DNA of 64,000 bases from a bacterium (GCA_021818465.1 JAKAEA010000001.1:105972-169971); one strand, 5' to 3'. Numbered from the stretch's first letter, positions 36,681 through 47,822 are shown. Notes: generated by a model not told the origin, from the sequence alone. Program-made: numbers and translations.

Positions 36681-38420
36681 ATGGATACTGAATCGAATAG
36701 TATTGAACGGCCAAAGAAAAGGTATGTGTTGCGTGAAGCCACTACTGGCGCTGATGATTTACTCAGCCAGCTCTTGGTGTATCGGGGTATTACAACTGCC
36801 GCTGATCAAGAATTTTTTCTAAATCCTTCCTATGACAAACACCTGCACGATCCATATCTGCTCAAGGGGATGTCTCGTGCTGTTGAGCGAATCGTGCAAG
36901 CGATTGCGGGAAATGAACATATTATTATTTATGCCGACTATGATGCCGACGGTATTCCCGCAGCAGTAGTGCTCAATGATTTTTTTAAACGTATTGGATA
37001 TAAAAATATTGAAGTGTACATTCCACACCGCCACCGCGAAGGTTTCGGTTTACATTGTGAGGCTATAGATTCATTTGTTACTCCAGCACTTTTGATTACA
37101 GTAGATTGCGGCATTACGGATACCACTGAAGTTGCTCATGCGCATGAACGAGGAATTGATGTCATCATTACCGACCACCATACGCCACCTGAAAAATGTG
37201 CTCCAGCGGTGGCTATCATTGATCCCAAACAAGTCGATTGTCAGTATCCATTTAAAGAGCTCTGTGGTGCAGGTATTGCTTTTAAACTTGTGCAAGCACT
37301 TCTTCGAGCCGGAGATTTTAATGTGCCAGCCGGTACGGAGAAATGGTTTTTAGATATGGTTGGTTTAGCGACGCTCTCAGATATGGTTCCACTGGTTAAA
37401 GAAAATAGAGTACTAGCTCGATACGGTCTTGTGGTATTGCGTAAATCGCGTCGGCCGGGTTTGCGCGCACTATTACGACTATTACGAATTGAACAACGTT
37501 TTTTAACAGAAGATGATATTGGTTTCATGATAACTCCACGTCTTAATGCTGCATCGCGAATGGGGGAGCCGATGGATGCTTTTACACTATTAGCAACAAC
37601 TGACGCGCAGGTTGCCGAAACTATGGCGGCACATCTTAACCACATTAATGATGAACGTAAAGCGTTGGTCGGAGTACTTGTAAAAGAGATTAAAAAAATT
37701 ATGAATGAACGCGCCGAACATTTCACAACACGACGTGTGATTGTGCTCGGTAATCCTCGTTGGCGGCCAGCAATTCTCGGATTGGTTGCTAGTTCACTTG
37801 CTGAATCTTTTGGTAAACCGGTTTTTTTGTGGGGTCGAGAGGAAGGAACAATTATTAAAGGCTCGTGTCGCTCAAACGGTTTCATTGATATTGTTGCTGT
37901 TATGAAAACTGCTCAAGAAATTTCCGCAGATACGTTCATTGATTTTGGTGGCCACCATTTTTCTGGAGGTTTTTCACTCAATGCGGATATGGTGCATCAT
38001 TTAGAGGACACATTAGAAGCAGCTCTTGTCGCAGTTTCAGCAACACCTTCGAATATTCATGCTCAAGATGACGCTGTGGCATTGGATGGTTCGCTCGCGC
38101 TTTGTGATGTTCGATTGGAAACCTACGCGGTTATTGAAAAACTTATGCCGTTCGGTATCGCAAACACTAAGCCGCTATTTATTTTCAGAGACGTTATGGT
38201 AAAATCGGTGCGACAGTTTGGTAGGGCAAGTAATCATTTAGAATTGACCGTATTTCAGGACGACATGCATGATGTTCGGGCAATATGTTTTTTCTCGTCG
38301 CCCCAAAATTTTAATGTACTACCTGAACCAGGAAAAAAAATTAACCTCGTCGCCACGCTAGAAAAATCTTTTTTTCGCGCTCGTCCTGAATTACGATTGC
38401 GTATTGTAGATATTGTGTAA
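36681..38420 (+). CDS. recJ: Single-stranded-DNA-specific exonuclease RecJ
   Basis: 579 aa. DHH motifs (IIIYADYDADG, ITDHH) and a DHHA1 domain. Confidence 0.85.
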   Translation: MDTESNSIERPKKRYVLREATTGADDLLSQLLVYRGITTAADQEFFLNPSYDKHLHDPYLLKGMSRAVERIVQAIAGNEHIIIYADYDADGIPAAVVLNDFFKRIGYKNIEVYIPHRHREGFGLHCEAIDSFVTPALLITVDCGITDTTEVAHAHERGIDVIITDHHTPPEKCAPAVAIIDPKQVDCQYPFKELCGAGIAFKLVQALLRAGDFNVPAGTEKWFLDMVGLATLSDMVPLVKENRVLARYGLVVLRKSRRPGLRALLRLLRIEQRFLTEDDIGFMITPRLNAASRMGEPMDAFTLLATTDAQVAETMAAHLNHINDERKALVGVLVKEIKKIMNERAEHFTTRRVIVLGNPRWRPAILGLVASSLAESFGKPVFLWGREEGTIIKGSCRSNGFIDIVAVMKTAQEISADTFIDFGGHHFSGGFSLNADMVHHLEDTLEAALVAVSATPSNIHAQDDAVALDGSLALCDVRLETYAVIEKLMPFGIANTKPLFIFRDVMVKSVRQFGRASNHLELTVFQDDMHDVRAICFFSSPQNFNVLPEPGKKINLVATLEKSFFRARPELRLRIVDIV

Positions 38421-38431
38421 CAAAAAGTACT

Positions 38432-39202
38432 ATGTCTTTGCAAAAAAAAATTGCCGATATAATCATTTTCACTGATGGAGCTTCGTCGGGTAACCCTGGA
38501 CCAGGAGGGTGGGGGGCAGTGGTGGCCAAGAAGGGGAGTGAGGTTGTGGAGATTGGCGGTGGTGTTTTGCATACCACCAATAACCGTATGGAACTTACTG
38601 CTGCGATTGAAGCATTGCAATACGTGGCCACAGTTGCTGGTGTAGTTGTAGTTTATACTGATTCTAAATATGTTCGTGATGGTATAGAAACATGGGTGCC
38701 GCTATGGCAGAAGCGCGAATGGAAGACTGCAGCAAAAACCGAGGTGCTTAACCAAGACCTTTGGCAACGGCTTGCTGCGCTTGTTACGGATCGTAAAAAC
38801 AAAGGTTCAATCATGTGGCGTTTAGTTGCTGGTCACAAAAATGTACCAGCGAACGAACGAGTTGATACTATTGCCACAACGTTTGCTGCCGCTAAAAAAC
38901 CGATATTGTTTTCCGGACCATCTACTACCTATACAATTGATCTCACGCCCTTTTTTAATTTAGAAAAAATCGATACGTCATTTCTTGGTTTAGATAATTT
39001 TCAAAACAGTAAAACTAAAACGAAAAAGAAATCTGGGGCACCAGCGTATTCGTACGTTAGTATGGTGCACGGAGTTATTGCTCGACATGCAACATGGCAG
39101 GAGTGCTTTGAACGGGTGCGAGGTGTTTCTGGTGCTCGTTTTAAAAAAGCCCGTTCAAGTGAAGATGAAAAAAATATTATCGCCAACTTTAAAAGTATAT
39201 AA
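38432..39202 (+). CDS. rnhA: Ribonuclease HI with a C-terminal hybrid-binding (Cauli_VI-like) domain
   Basis: N-terminal catalytic core IIIFTDGASSGNPGPGGWG...ELTAAIEAL...YTDSKYV...W. C-terminal YSYVSMVHGVIARHATWQECFERVRGVSGARFKKARS matches the HBD consensus (Y.V..G...GIY..W.EC...V.G..GA.FKKF). Confidence 0.8.
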   Translation: MSLQKKIADIIIFTDGASSGNPGPGGWGAVVAKKGSEVVEIGGGVLHTTNNRMELTAAIEALQYVATVAGVVVVYTDSKYVRDGIETWVPLWQKREWKTAAKTEVLNQDLWQRLAALVTDRKNKGSIMWRLVAGHKNVPANERVDTIATTFAAAKKPILFSGPSTTYTIDLTPFFNLEKIDTSFLGLDNFQNSKTKTKKKSGAPAYSYVSMVHGVIARHATWQECFERVRGVSGARFKKARSSEDEKNIIANFKSI

Positions 39203-39270
39203 ATTTTTTCTACATAATTTTTTAGAAAAAAATCATAACTATTTAAGCTACTGTTCAGTAGGGTGGTAGC

Positions 39271-40875
39271 GTGGGCATTGCTTCATTATTAGTCGCAGTA
39301 CGCCAATCGCTCGTGTATCCCATTACGAGCGGTTTTATTTTCGGTACGCTTATTGGTCCGAGCGTGTCGTCGGTGTTTCTTGCTGGTCTTGTTGCTGCAA
39401 TTTCTGTGGGGCTTATTGTGTGGACTATAGTTACACGAGTAGTACACACAGACAACGATTCCCATCATTTCTCAACTATATTCGTACTCGCAGTGATGAT
39501 GCTTGCTACCGTCGGTGGTGTTGTCGCGTTTTGGATTGCTGTGACAAAACATGGTGATCCAACGTTGGAGCACTATGTTGGTCACTATGTTTTGTATACC
39601 GGTGTGGTAACTGATGATCCAATTGATACTGACACAACCACAAAAGTTGTTGTAACAGTGCAAACACTTTTTAATCAAACTCTGACGAATCCAACAAAAA
39701 TTACTTTTTCTCTTCCGTTATATACAGAGATAGCATACGGTGACGAAATAGGTGGCGGTGGTATTTTAGAAAAACCCAACACGTTCCAAACAGACACCGG
39801 TGGAACTTTTTCCTACGATACCTATCTTGCTGCTCGTCATATTTTTTATACACTTACTAATCCGCACATAACTATTCGTGCACACAAAAAAGGTGGCGCA
39901 ATAAAAACTTTTCTTTTTAATCTCAAGAAGATGTACCTGCAACGACTTGACGTTGTTATTCCATTTCCGGAATCACGTCTGGCGGCAGCTTTAACTATAG
40001 CTGGCAAAGAAGCACTACCTACCAATATTCGTGATGATTTTCTCCGGGCGGGAATTATTCCTATTGTGGTACTTTCCGGTTTTCACGTTACGATAGTTGC
40101 TGAAATGATTGGGTGGCTTGTTGTTATATTTTCTTCGTATATACTTGAGCGTTTTATTCCATCGTTTGTCGCACGCATTTTTTCGTACGCTACTATTATT
40201 ATTGGCATTATGTTTTTTTGTGTAATGGCTGGCGGAGCGGCCGCTATTGTGCGAGGTGGAATTATGGCCGGCGCTGTTGTTACGGCAAAACTGTTTCAGC
40301 GACGCTATAGTGTGTATCGCGCGTTGTGGATATCGGCATTTCTCATGCTTTTAGTCAATCCCCTCTTGACAGTGTATGATGTTTCTTTTCAATTTTCATT
40401 TGTTGCCGTGGCCGGTCTTGTGTATGGTGGACCAATATTTTCACAGGCTTTTTGGTTTTTGCCGGAACGGTGGGGAATTCGTTCGGTTGTTACGTCAACG
40501 ATGGCTGCTCAGTTTTGTGTGGCTCCACTTGCATTGTATGTAATGGGTCAGTGTAGTGTGATTGTGGTAATTACCAATCTATTAGTTTTCTTTTTTATAC
40601 CTCCCACAATGTTTCTAAGTTTTATGACTGCGCTTACCGCATTTTTTTCACCAATTATTTCACTCCCTTTTGCTGCTATTGCTTGGATGTTATTGGCATA
40701 TGAAATTACCGTTGTTCATATTCTTGCATCGTTACCATTTGCCTTTTGGCAATTTCCATCTATTCCAAATTGGACGCTCGGTGTAGCGTATGGCGCCATT
40801 ATTCTTTTTATTGTTCGTTGGTTTGGTTGGAATACTACTTCTTCATTGCCGTCAAAAGATTTTGTTCGGCGATAG
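39271..40875 (+). CDS. comEC: ComEC/Rec2 DNA-uptake channel protein (membrane Competence domain only; no MBL domain in this ORF)
   Basis: 534 aa and polytopic. N-terminal OB-like/DUF4131 region, then the ComEC competence TM domain. The ORF ends without the usual C-terminal beta-lactamase domain. Confidence 0.7.
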   Translation: MGIASLLVAVRQSLVYPITSGFIFGTLIGPSVSSVFLAGLVAAISVGLIVWTIVTRVVHTDNDSHHFSTIFVLAVMMLATVGGVVAFWIAVTKHGDPTLEHYVGHYVLYTGVVTDDPIDTDTTTKVVVTVQTLFNQTLTNPTKITFSLPLYTEIAYGDEIGGGGILEKPNTFQTDTGGTFSYDTYLAARHIFYTLTNPHITIRAHKKGGAIKTFLFNLKKMYLQRLDVVIPFPESRLAAALTIAGKEALPTNIRDDFLRAGIIPIVVLSGFHVTIVAEMIGWLVVIFSSYILERFIPSFVARIFSYATIIIGIMFFCVMAGGAAAIVRGGIMAGAVVTAKLFQRRYSVYRALWISAFLMLLVNPLLTVYDVSFQFSFVAVAGLVYGGPIFSQAFWFLPERWGIRSVVTSTMAAQFCVAPLALYVMGQCSVIVVITNLLVFFFIPPTMFLSFMTALTAFFSPIISLPFAAIAWMLLAYEITVVHILASLPFAFWQFPSIPNWTLGVAYGAIILFIVRWFGWNTTSSLPSKDFVRR

Positions 40876-41431
40876 TCCAATTCAGATTAGCAAAAAAAGC
40901 ATCAATATATTTTTTCTTGTCAGTGCCGTAATCCATATAGTACGAATGTTCCCACATATCAATGCCAACAATATAATGTAGACCATTCAATTGGCCAAGA
41001 TGTTGCTCGTCTATCCAGGCGGTAGTAAGTCGTTTAGATATTGGATCGTAATAGAGTATCGCCCATCCAACACCGCGTGTAGAAGCGATATTTTTAAAGC
41101 GAGTAAGCCAAGCATCGAATGAACCCCATTCTTTCTCTATTTCTTGTCGTAAAGTCGTTTCTGCAACAAGTGGTGCTGATCCTCCCTCCAATGATTGAAA
41201 ATAGTACTCATGGTTTCGCATGCCATTAAATTCAAAGCTGAAACGTCGCTGTAACTCGCTTATAGCATAGGAGTGTTTATCACCATCAGCCTCATACTCT
41301 TTAATTTTTTCGAGAATGAGATTGGCGTTTTTTACATATCCCGAGTACAGCTTGAGGTGTTCAGCTACTGATTTCGCAGATATACCAACTAATTCTGGTA
41401 AAGAAAAAGTTTTTTCCGTGTAGATGTTCAT
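40835..41431 (-). CDS. sodA: Fe/Mn superoxide dismutase
   Basis: 198 aa. ...FSLPEL... and DMWEHSYY metal-ligand motifs. Confidence 0.9.
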   Translation of the reverse strand: MNIYTEKTFSLPELVGISAKSVAEHLKLYSGYVKNANLILEKIKEYEADGDKHSYAISELQRRFSFEFNGMRNHEYYFQSLEGGSAPLVAETTLRQEIEKEWGSFDAWLTRFKNIASTRGVGWAILYYDPISKRLTTAWIDEQHLGQLNGLHYIVGIDMWEHSYYMDYGTDKKKYIDAFFANLNWTIAEQNLLTAMKK

Positions 41432-41505
41432 AGATTTTTTTATATTTATTTTTTAAAACGTTTTAAAAACGACACTTTTGAGTATACCATTCTCTTTGTT
41501 TTTTC

Positions 41506-42393
41506 TTGAGAATTTCTTATTCATTTCTTTACTACTCATTCTTTAGACTCATACTGATGAGATCAATATGGTATGAAATGATATTTATTTTTTTTGTGAT
41601 CATCTGCGCTGTTGTTGGATATGTAATTTACTGCGAGTGGCCCACTAATTATATGACACTGGCCATACTGAATGTTGGAAATGGTACTGCTGTGTATGTT
41701 GAATCACCAACACATCAACGTGTACTTATTGATGGCGGTTCCAATCACACTATTCTTGGAGCGGTGCGTACACTCGTACCATTTTACGTTAAAACCCTCG
41801 ATGCAGTATTTTTAACAGGTTCTGGTGATGGTCAAGTTGGCGGTCTCATGGATATTGCGGATGTGTACCATATTAAAAAAATGATTGAAGGGGCCACTAC
41901 GAGTACAATGCTCTATAAAGAATTTAAAAAACATTTAATGCAACGCGGTGTTTCTAGTATCTCTATTCGTCAGGGCGATACTTTAAATTTTAACAACGAC
42001 ATGAATATTTTTGTGTCATACGCACCTGTTTCGGGAACTACAGAAGGTAAAGTTATAATGAAACTTACATTTGGTTCGAGCACCGCAATACTTACTGCTG
42101 GTGAACCAGCGCCATTTGAAGAGTATGTTTTGGCTCGGGATGGTACGCGTAGTCGTGCGGCTGATATTTTAACTACATGGTATAACGGCACAGAGTCTAT
42201 TCCCTCGACAGCTTTTATTAAAGCCGTTTCTCCCCGTTTCTTGGTGGTGTCTGCAGGTTCTAAAAAAGTTTTGAATGTAAAAGCATTTTCAAAAGTTGCT
42301 AGCTCCACGCTACTATTCACTGTTCAAGATGGGCCTATTATTTTTCACTGCACTAAAGAAGTTTGTACTTTAGTGTCGCCCACATCCTTCTAA
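41506..42393 (+). CDS. Membrane-anchored ComEC-type metallo-beta-lactamase-fold domain protein with degenerate (ligand-less) active site
   Basis: TLAILNVGNGTAVYVESPTHQRVLIDGG aligns with the ComEC MBL start (FLDVGQGDS...ILIDGG). The expected THADQDHIGG motif is replaced by TGSGDGQVGG, so all His/Asp metal ligands are lost. N-terminal TM helix. Confidence 0.5.
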   Translation: MRISYSFLYYSFFRLILMRSIWYEMIFIFFVIICAVVGYVIYCEWPTNYMTLAILNVGNGTAVYVESPTHQRVLIDGGSNHTILGAVRTLVPFYVKTLDAVFLTGSGDGQVGGLMDIADVYHIKKMIEGATTSTMLYKEFKKHLMQRGVSSISIRQGDTLNFNNDMNIFVSYAPVSGTTEGKVIMKLTFGSSTAILTAGEPAPFEEYVLARDGTRSRAADILTTWYNGTESIPSTAFIKAVSPRFLVVSAGSKKVLNVKAFSKVASSTLLFTVQDGPIIFHCTKEVCTLVSPTSF

Positions 42394-42632
42394 ATAACCC
42401 CAGCTTTTTTAAGTGTTATATATACACCGCGCTTATTAATTGTCTTTATAGCTTTTGTGGACAAGAGCAAGCTCACAGTCTTATTCATTTCTGGAATAAA
42501 TATTTTTTTCTTTTGGAGATTGGGATATTTTCTAACTTGGCCAGTTGGATTAAATTGGGTAGCGCGAGTTCGGTTGGAATAACCGCCTCCAACGCGAGAT
42601 CCTTTTTTGGTTACAGGACAAATTTTTGCCAT
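42390..42632 (-). CDS. rpmB: 50S ribosomal protein L28
   Basis: 80 aa. MAKICPVTKKGSRVGGGYSNRTRATQFNPTGQVRKYPNLQKKKIF... is the L28 pattern. Confidence 0.8.
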   Translation of the reverse strand: MAKICPVTKKGSRVGGGYSNRTRATQFNPTGQVRKYPNLQKKKIFIPEMNKTVSLLLSTKAIKTINKRGVYITLKKAGVI

Positions 42633-42676
42633 AAGATTTTTGCGTACTACAAGGCAGCTATAGTATCATGGGTTAG

Positions 42677-43318
42677 TTGCAAAGGCAACTCACTATAATT
42701 TTTATGCCTCTTTCACCCCTAGAAATCATATTTTTCATCATTATTTTGGTGATGTCTATCGTTATTCATGAGGTTTCTCATGGTTATGCAGCTTTTATTC
42801 AAGGAGATTCCACTGCCGAACGAGCCGGTCGACTCACGCTTAATCCTCTCAAGCATCTTGATCCAATAGGTTCTTTTATTGTGCCAATAATCACCTATTT
42901 TCTTGCTGGAATTCCTTTTGGGTGGGCAAAACCGGTGCCATTTAATCCGTATAATTTACGAAATCAACGTTGGGGAGAAACTATTGTTGCTGCTGCTGGT
43001 CCGGCTTCTAATTTTCTTATAGCTATAGTATTCGCCATAATTGTTCGTGTGAGTTTGTTTTTTACATTGCCGAATTCGTTCATAACCATTTGTGCCAGTG
43101 TTGTATTGATAAATATAGCCCTTGGCCTCTTTAATCTTGTTCCCATTCCACCACTTGATGGTTCCAAAATCCTTTTTGGTTTATTGCCTTTTCGGTATAG
43201 TCAACCTTTTCGTCGAGTATATGAACGCTATTCAATTATTTTATTACTGGTTTTTGTTTTTTTCTTGTCGTACATTTTAAGCCCGATAATTTCTTTTATT
43301 TTTAATCATTTGATATAA
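42677..43318 (+). CDS. Site-2 protease family (M50) membrane zinc metalloprotease
   Basis: 213 aa. HEVSHGYAA (HExxH) in TM1 and LNPLKHLDP. Several TM helices. Confidence 0.75.
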   Translation: MQRQLTIIFMPLSPLEIIFFIIILVMSIVIHEVSHGYAAFIQGDSTAERAGRLTLNPLKHLDPIGSFIVPIITYFLAGIPFGWAKPVPFNPYNLRNQRWGETIVAAAGPASNFLIAIVFAIIVRVSLFFTLPNSFITICASVVLINIALGLFNLVPIPPLDGSKILFGLLPFRYSQPFRRVYERYSIILLLVFVFFLSYILSPIISFIFNHLI

Positions 43319-43378
43319 AAAACAATAGTATCTATCTTGCCTTTTTTTATCACTTCTGCTAAAGTACACGTTCTAAAT

Positions 43379-43795
43379 ATGCCGACAGTTAATCAATTAG
43401 TACGGCGTCGCCGTAAAAAAGTTTCTCGCAAGCCTCAAGCTGTTGCTTTGCAGCGTTCTTTTAACGTGCTCAAGAACCATCCAGTGTACTTTCCTTCCCC
43501 GTTTAAACGAGGGGTATGTACAAAAGTAACCACCAAAACACCGAAAAAACCTAACTCAGCTATTCGTAAAATTGCCCGTGTCCGTCTTACTAATGGCATG
43601 GAGGTTACCGCCTATATTCCTGGGATTGGTCACAATCTTCAAGAACACTCGGTGGTCGTTCTTCGTGGCGGTAAAGTTAAGGATGTTGGTTTGCGTTATA
43701 CTATCGTGCGCGGTCGTCTTGATGCTGGTGGTGTGGAAAGTCGTCGTAAAGAACGAAGTAACTATGGTGCCAAGAGACCAAAAGAGCAAAAATAA
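43379..43795 (+). CDS. rpsL: 30S ribosomal protein S12 (with an internal ~14-aa insertion)
   Basis: [15 protein letters not shown]...KRGVCTKV...[49 protein letters not shown]... Confidence 0.92.
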   Translation: MPTVNQLVRRRRKKVSRKPQAVALQRSFNVLKNHPVYFPSPFKRGVCTKVTTKTPKKPNSAIRKIARVRLTNGMEVTAYIPGIGHNLQEHSVVVLRGGKVKDVGLRYTIVRGRLDAGGVESRRKERSNYGAKRPKEQK

Positions 43796-43809
43796 TCAAT
43801 TTTTCTACT

Positions 43810-44280
43810 ATGCGCCGAAAAATAAAGCGAAAATATCCCGTACTTCCAGATTCACAATATAATTCTGAAAAAATAGCAAAGTTTATTAACTGCGTTATGA
43901 CGTCAGGGAAGAAGAATGCTGCTCGGAAAGTGGTGTATGGCGCTCTCGATGCCATAAAAGAAAAGGCTAAAGTTGAAGATCCTTTAGCTCTTTTTGACGA
44001 AGCGATTCGTAATGTTGGTCCGGCTATGGAGGTTCGTTCTCGACGTGTTGGTGGCGCCAACTATCAGGTGCCGCGCGAGGTACGACCAGAGCGTAAGCAA
44101 GCCCTAGCCATTCGCTGGATTATTGCAGCTGCTCGTTCCAAAAAAGGCCAGCCTATGGCCGTAAAACTTGCTGACGAGTTGATTTCTGCTTCAAAAAATG
44201 AAGGCGAAGCTATTAAAAAACGAGAAAATACTATTAAAATGGCTGAGGCTAATAAGGCTTTTGCTCACTTTGCGTGGTAA
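43810..44280 (+). CDS. rpsG: 30S ribosomal protein S7
   Basis: 156 aa. Conserved str-operon order (S12-S7-EF-G-EF-Tu). ...EVRSRRVGGANYQVP... motif. Confidence 0.92.
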   Translation: MRRKIKRKYPVLPDSQYNSEKIAKFINCVMTSGKKNAARKVVYGALDAIKEKAKVEDPLALFDEAIRNVGPAMEVRSRRVGGANYQVPREVRPERKQALAIRWIIAAARSKKGQPMAVKLADELISASKNEGEAIKKRENTIKMAEANKAFAHFAW

Positions 44281-44292
44281 AATACTTTTTTT

Positions 44293-46437
44293 ATGAACCG
44301 CGACTATCCGCTTGAGTTAGTTAGAAATTTTGGCATCATTGCTCATATTGATGCTGGTAAAACAACAACATCCGAGCGCATTTTGTATTACACCGGTATG
44401 AGTCATAAAATCGGTGAAGTTCATGAGGGCGATACGGTAACCGATTGGATGGAGCAAGAGCGTGAGCGTGGCATCACTATTACCGCTGCGGCCATCACTT
44501 GTTTTTGGAATCCAACGCATGTGAGCGGCGTTGCTTCTCGGAAACACCGTTTTAATATTATTGATACGCCTGGGCACATTGATTTCACCGCAGAAGTAAA
44601 GCGTTCGTTGCGAGTGCTAGATGGTGCTGTTGTTGTTTTTGATGGTGTAGCTGGTGTTGAACCTCAATCAGAAACGAACTGGCGCTATGCCGATGAGGGT
44701 AATGTGCCGCGCATATGTTTCATCAATAAACTCGATCGTATGGGCGCTAGTTTTGAGCGTTCATTCCAATCTATTTTAGATCGTTTGAATAAAAACGCTG
44801 TTCGAATGCAGATCCCTATTGGCACCGAGGAAAATTTTGAGGCCGTCATAGATCTACTCAAAATGAAAGCTTATTATTTTGAGGGTGACATGGGTAATAA
44901 AATTCGTGAAGCTGAAATTCCCACAGAATATCTTGAAGAAGCAAAAAAACGTCGCGGAGAATTGATTGAAAAAATAGTTGAGCAAGACGATGCTCTCATG
45001 AGTGCATACTTGGAAGGTAAGGAGCCATCAATGGATGACCTTAAAAAAACGCTTCGTAAAGCCACTATTGAAGTAAAAATCATCCCTGTTTTTACTGGTT
45101 CCGCATTAAAAAACAAAGGCGTTCAGTTAGTTTTAGACGCAGTGGTTGATTATTTGCCTTCCCCCTTGGATATTCCACCTGTTCACGGTATTGATCCAAA
45201 AAATGGAGAAACTATTTATCGACACGCGTCAGATACTGAGCCGTTTTCAGCTCTTGCATTTAAATTGCAAAATGATCCGTTCGTTGGGGCGCTTACGTTT
45301 TTTCGAGTTTATTCAGGAACAATTGAGGCCGGTAGTTATGTATACAATTCTTCAACAGGAGAAAAAGAACGTCTTGGTCGCATTGTGCGGCTTCAAGCTG
45401 ATAAACGAGAAGAAGTAAAAAAAGTTTTTTCTGGCGAAATTGCAGCAGCAGTTGGTCTTAAAGATACCAAGACATCTCACACGCTTTGTGACGAAGCAAA
45501 TCCAATTATTCTTGATCCAATTAAATTCGTTGAACCAGTTGTTTCGTTACGCATTGAGCCAAAAACCAAAGCAGATCAGGAAAAAATGGGTCTCGCTCTT
45601 AAAAAGCTTTCTGATGAAGATCCAACTTTTAAAATAAGTTCAAACACGGAAACAGGAGAAACTATTATTTCTGGAATGGGTGAATTGCACCTAGATATTA
45701 TGGTTGATCGAATGAAGCGCGAATTTAGCGTTGAAACAAATGTTGGTAAACCGCAAGTAGCGTACAGAGAAACTATCACTGCCGCTGCCGAAGCAGAGAA
45801 TAAATATATTAAGCAATCAGGTGGTAAGGGCCAATATGGTCACGTTAAGATAACGTTGCGCCCAATGGAAAAAATTGAGGAGGGAGAAAAAATTCCCAAA
45901 AATGTCCATCGGTATCAAGATTTTGAATTTATCGATTCAATTAAGGGTGGAGTTATTCCGCAAGAGTTTATTCCTGCTGTTGAAAAAGGTGTAAAAGAAG
46001 CTATGGGACGTGGTATCGTGGCTGGTTTTCCGATGGTTGATGTATCGTGTGAACTAACCTATGGTTCTTATCATGATGTTGATTCTTCTGAAATAGCCTA
46101 TAAAATCGCTGCATCACAGGCTTTTCAAGATGCCGCAAAAAGAGCTAAACCAGTAATTCTTGAGCCAATTATGAAGGTGGAAGTTTCAGTCCCAGAGAAG
46201 TTTTTCGGTGATATTACCGGCAATCTTTCTGGAAAACGAGCGCAAATAGAAGGTTTTGAAGATCGTTCCGGTGGTATTAAAGTTATTAAAGCCACCGTGC
46301 CGCTTGCTGAAATGTTTGGATATACCACACAGTTACGTTCCATGACGGAAGGTCGTGGAAATGCTCCTATGGAATTTTCTCACTACGCTATTGTTCCACC
46401 ACAAGTGGAAAAACAAATCGTAGAGGGGAAAAAATAG
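44293..46437 (+). CDS. fusA: Elongation factor G
   Basis: 714 aa. [15 protein letters not shown]..., DTPGHIDF and NKLDR GTPase motifs. Confidence 0.95.
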   Translation: MNRDYPLELVRNFGIIAHIDAGKTTTSERILYYTGMSHKIGEVHEGDTVTDWMEQERERGITITAAAITCFWNPTHVSGVASRKHRFNIIDTPGHIDFTAEVKRSLRVLDGAVVVFDGVAGVEPQSETNWRYADEGNVPRICFINKLDRMGASFERSFQSILDRLNKNAVRMQIPIGTEENFEAVIDLLKMKAYYFEGDMGNKIREAEIPTEYLEEAKKRRGELIEKIVEQDDALMSAYLEGKEPSMDDLKKTLRKATIEVKIIPVFTGSALKNKGVQLVLDAVVDYLPSPLDIPPVHGIDPKNGETIYRHASDTEPFSALAFKLQNDPFVGALTFFRVYSGTIEAGSYVYNSSTGEKERLGRIVRLQADKREEVKKVFSGEIAAAVGLKDTKTSHTLCDEANPIILDPIKFVEPVVSLRIEPKTKADQEKMGLALKKLSDEDPTFKISSNTETGETIISGMGELHLDIMVDRMKREFSVETNVGKPQVAYRETITAAAEAENKYIKQSGGKGQYGHVKITLRPMEKIEEGEKIPKNVHRYQDFEFIDSIKGGVIPQEFIPAVEKGVKEAMGRGIVAGFPMVDVSCELTYGSYHDVDSSEIAYKIAASQAFQDAAKRAKPVILEPIMKVEVSVPEKFFGDITGNLSGKRAQIEGFEDRSGGIKVIKATVPLAEMFGYTTQLRSMTEGRGNAPMEFSHYAIVPPQVEKQIVEGKK

Positions 46438-46607
46438 TTCGCCTGCTATTGACGAGTGAATAGCTTTTCTGATAGTATGGCGGATACCGCTTGTGCGCTG
46501 TTTTTTGTATCTCGTGTACTTTGAGAATACAAGACGCCTCTATCGGTGTGTTCGTTTATAGGCATTTGTTTTTTTATTAACTAAAAATTTAACAACACAC
46601 AACATTT

Positions 46608-47798
46608 ATGACAACTTTTGACAGATCAAAGCCGCACGTTAACGTCGGCACGATTGGTCACGTTGACCACGGCAAGACTACGCTCACCGCCGCTATTCTG
46701 CACGTTCTTAAACTCGCTGGGCAGGATGTTAAAGAAAAAGGCGTTGACGCCATTGACTCAGCTCCAGAAGAAAAAGCTCGTGGTATTACTATTGCGCTCT
46801 CACACAACGAGTACCAAACCGCTAATCGTCACTACGCACATATTGATGCTCCGGGTCATGCTGACTACATCAAAAACATGATTACTGGTGCCGCCCAAAT
46901 GGACGGTGCCGTTCTAGTGGTTGCTGCTACTGATGGAGTTATGCCCCAAACTCGCGAACACATCCTTCTCGCTCACCAGGTTGGTGTGCCAAAAATTATC
47001 GTATTCCTTAATAAATGCGATATGGTCGCCGAGCAAGATCTTATCGATCTCGTCGAAGAAGAAGTTCGTGACGAATTAACAAAACAAGGCTACGATGGTA
47101 AAACAGCCCCCGTTATTCGTGGTTCGGCTCTGAAAGCGCTCGAAGCGAAAGATATTAATGATCAGTGGGCTCAGAAAGTTTTGGAACTCACCAAAACACT
47201 CGATGAATATATCCCTGTTCCGGTTCGCGAAACTGAAAAACCATTTCTTATGCCAGTTGAAGATATCTTCTCCATTGAAGGTCGTGGCACGGTTGTCACA
47301 GGTCGTATTGAACGCGGTATCGTTAAAGTTGGTGATGAAGTTGAAATTGTTGGTCTCAAGCCCATTCAAAAGACTACGATTACTGGTATCGAAATGTTCA
47401 ACAAACAGCTCAATGAGGGTATGGCAGGCGACAACGCTGGTATTCTCTTGCGTGGTTTGAAGAAAGAAGACGTAACTCGCGGTCAAGTGCTTGCTAAACC
47501 TGCTTCTGTTAAACCTCACACAGAATTTGAATCAGAAGTATACATCTTGAAGAAGGAGGAAGGTGGTCGTCACACTCCGTTTTTCAGTGGCTACAAGCCC
47601 CAATTCTATGTTCGCACCACTGACGTGACTGGTGAAGTCACTCTTAAAGAGGGTGTGGAAATGGTTATGCCGGGTGATACGGTAACCTTTAAGGTTAAGC
47701 TCGTTGCGCCAGTTGCTCTTGAAGAAAAACAGCGTTTTGCTATTCGTGAAGGTGGTCACACTGTGGGCGCTGGTGTTGTGACTAAAGTTGTTGCTTAA
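46608..47798 (+). CDS. tuf: Elongation factor Tu
   Basis: 396 aa. [34 protein letters not shown] and NKCD. Confidence 0.95.
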   Translation: MTTFDRSKPHVNVGTIGHVDHGKTTLTAAILHVLKLAGQDVKEKGVDAIDSAPEEKARGITIALSHNEYQTANRHYAHIDAPGHADYIKNMITGAAQMDGAVLVVAATDGVMPQTREHILLAHQVGVPKIIVFLNKCDMVAEQDLIDLVEEEVRDELTKQGYDGKTAPVIRGSALKALEAKDINDQWAQKVLELTKTLDEYIPVPVRETEKPFLMPVEDIFSIEGRGTVVTGRIERGIVKVGDEVEIVGLKPIQKTTITGIEMFNKQLNEGMAGDNAGILLRGLKKEDVTRGQVLAKPASVKPHTEFESEVYILKKEEGGRHTPFFSGYKPQFYVRTTDVTGEVTLKEGVEMVMPGDTVTFKVKLVAPVALEEKQRFAIREGGHTVGAGVVTKVVA

Positions 47799-47822
47799 TA
47801 TTGTATAGCACATCTGACTATT

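Noticed and set aside
37241-37885. 214-aa antisense ORF within recJ (and similar antisense ORFs such as 47076-47519 in tuf, 34208-34750 in tpiA, 35487-36308 in pgk and 26825-27322 in nusA)
   Set aside because: They lie opposite genes with strong, motif-supported identities, and their translations are low-complexity Arg/Ser-rich. This is typical of shadow ORFs in GC-moderate coding DNA.
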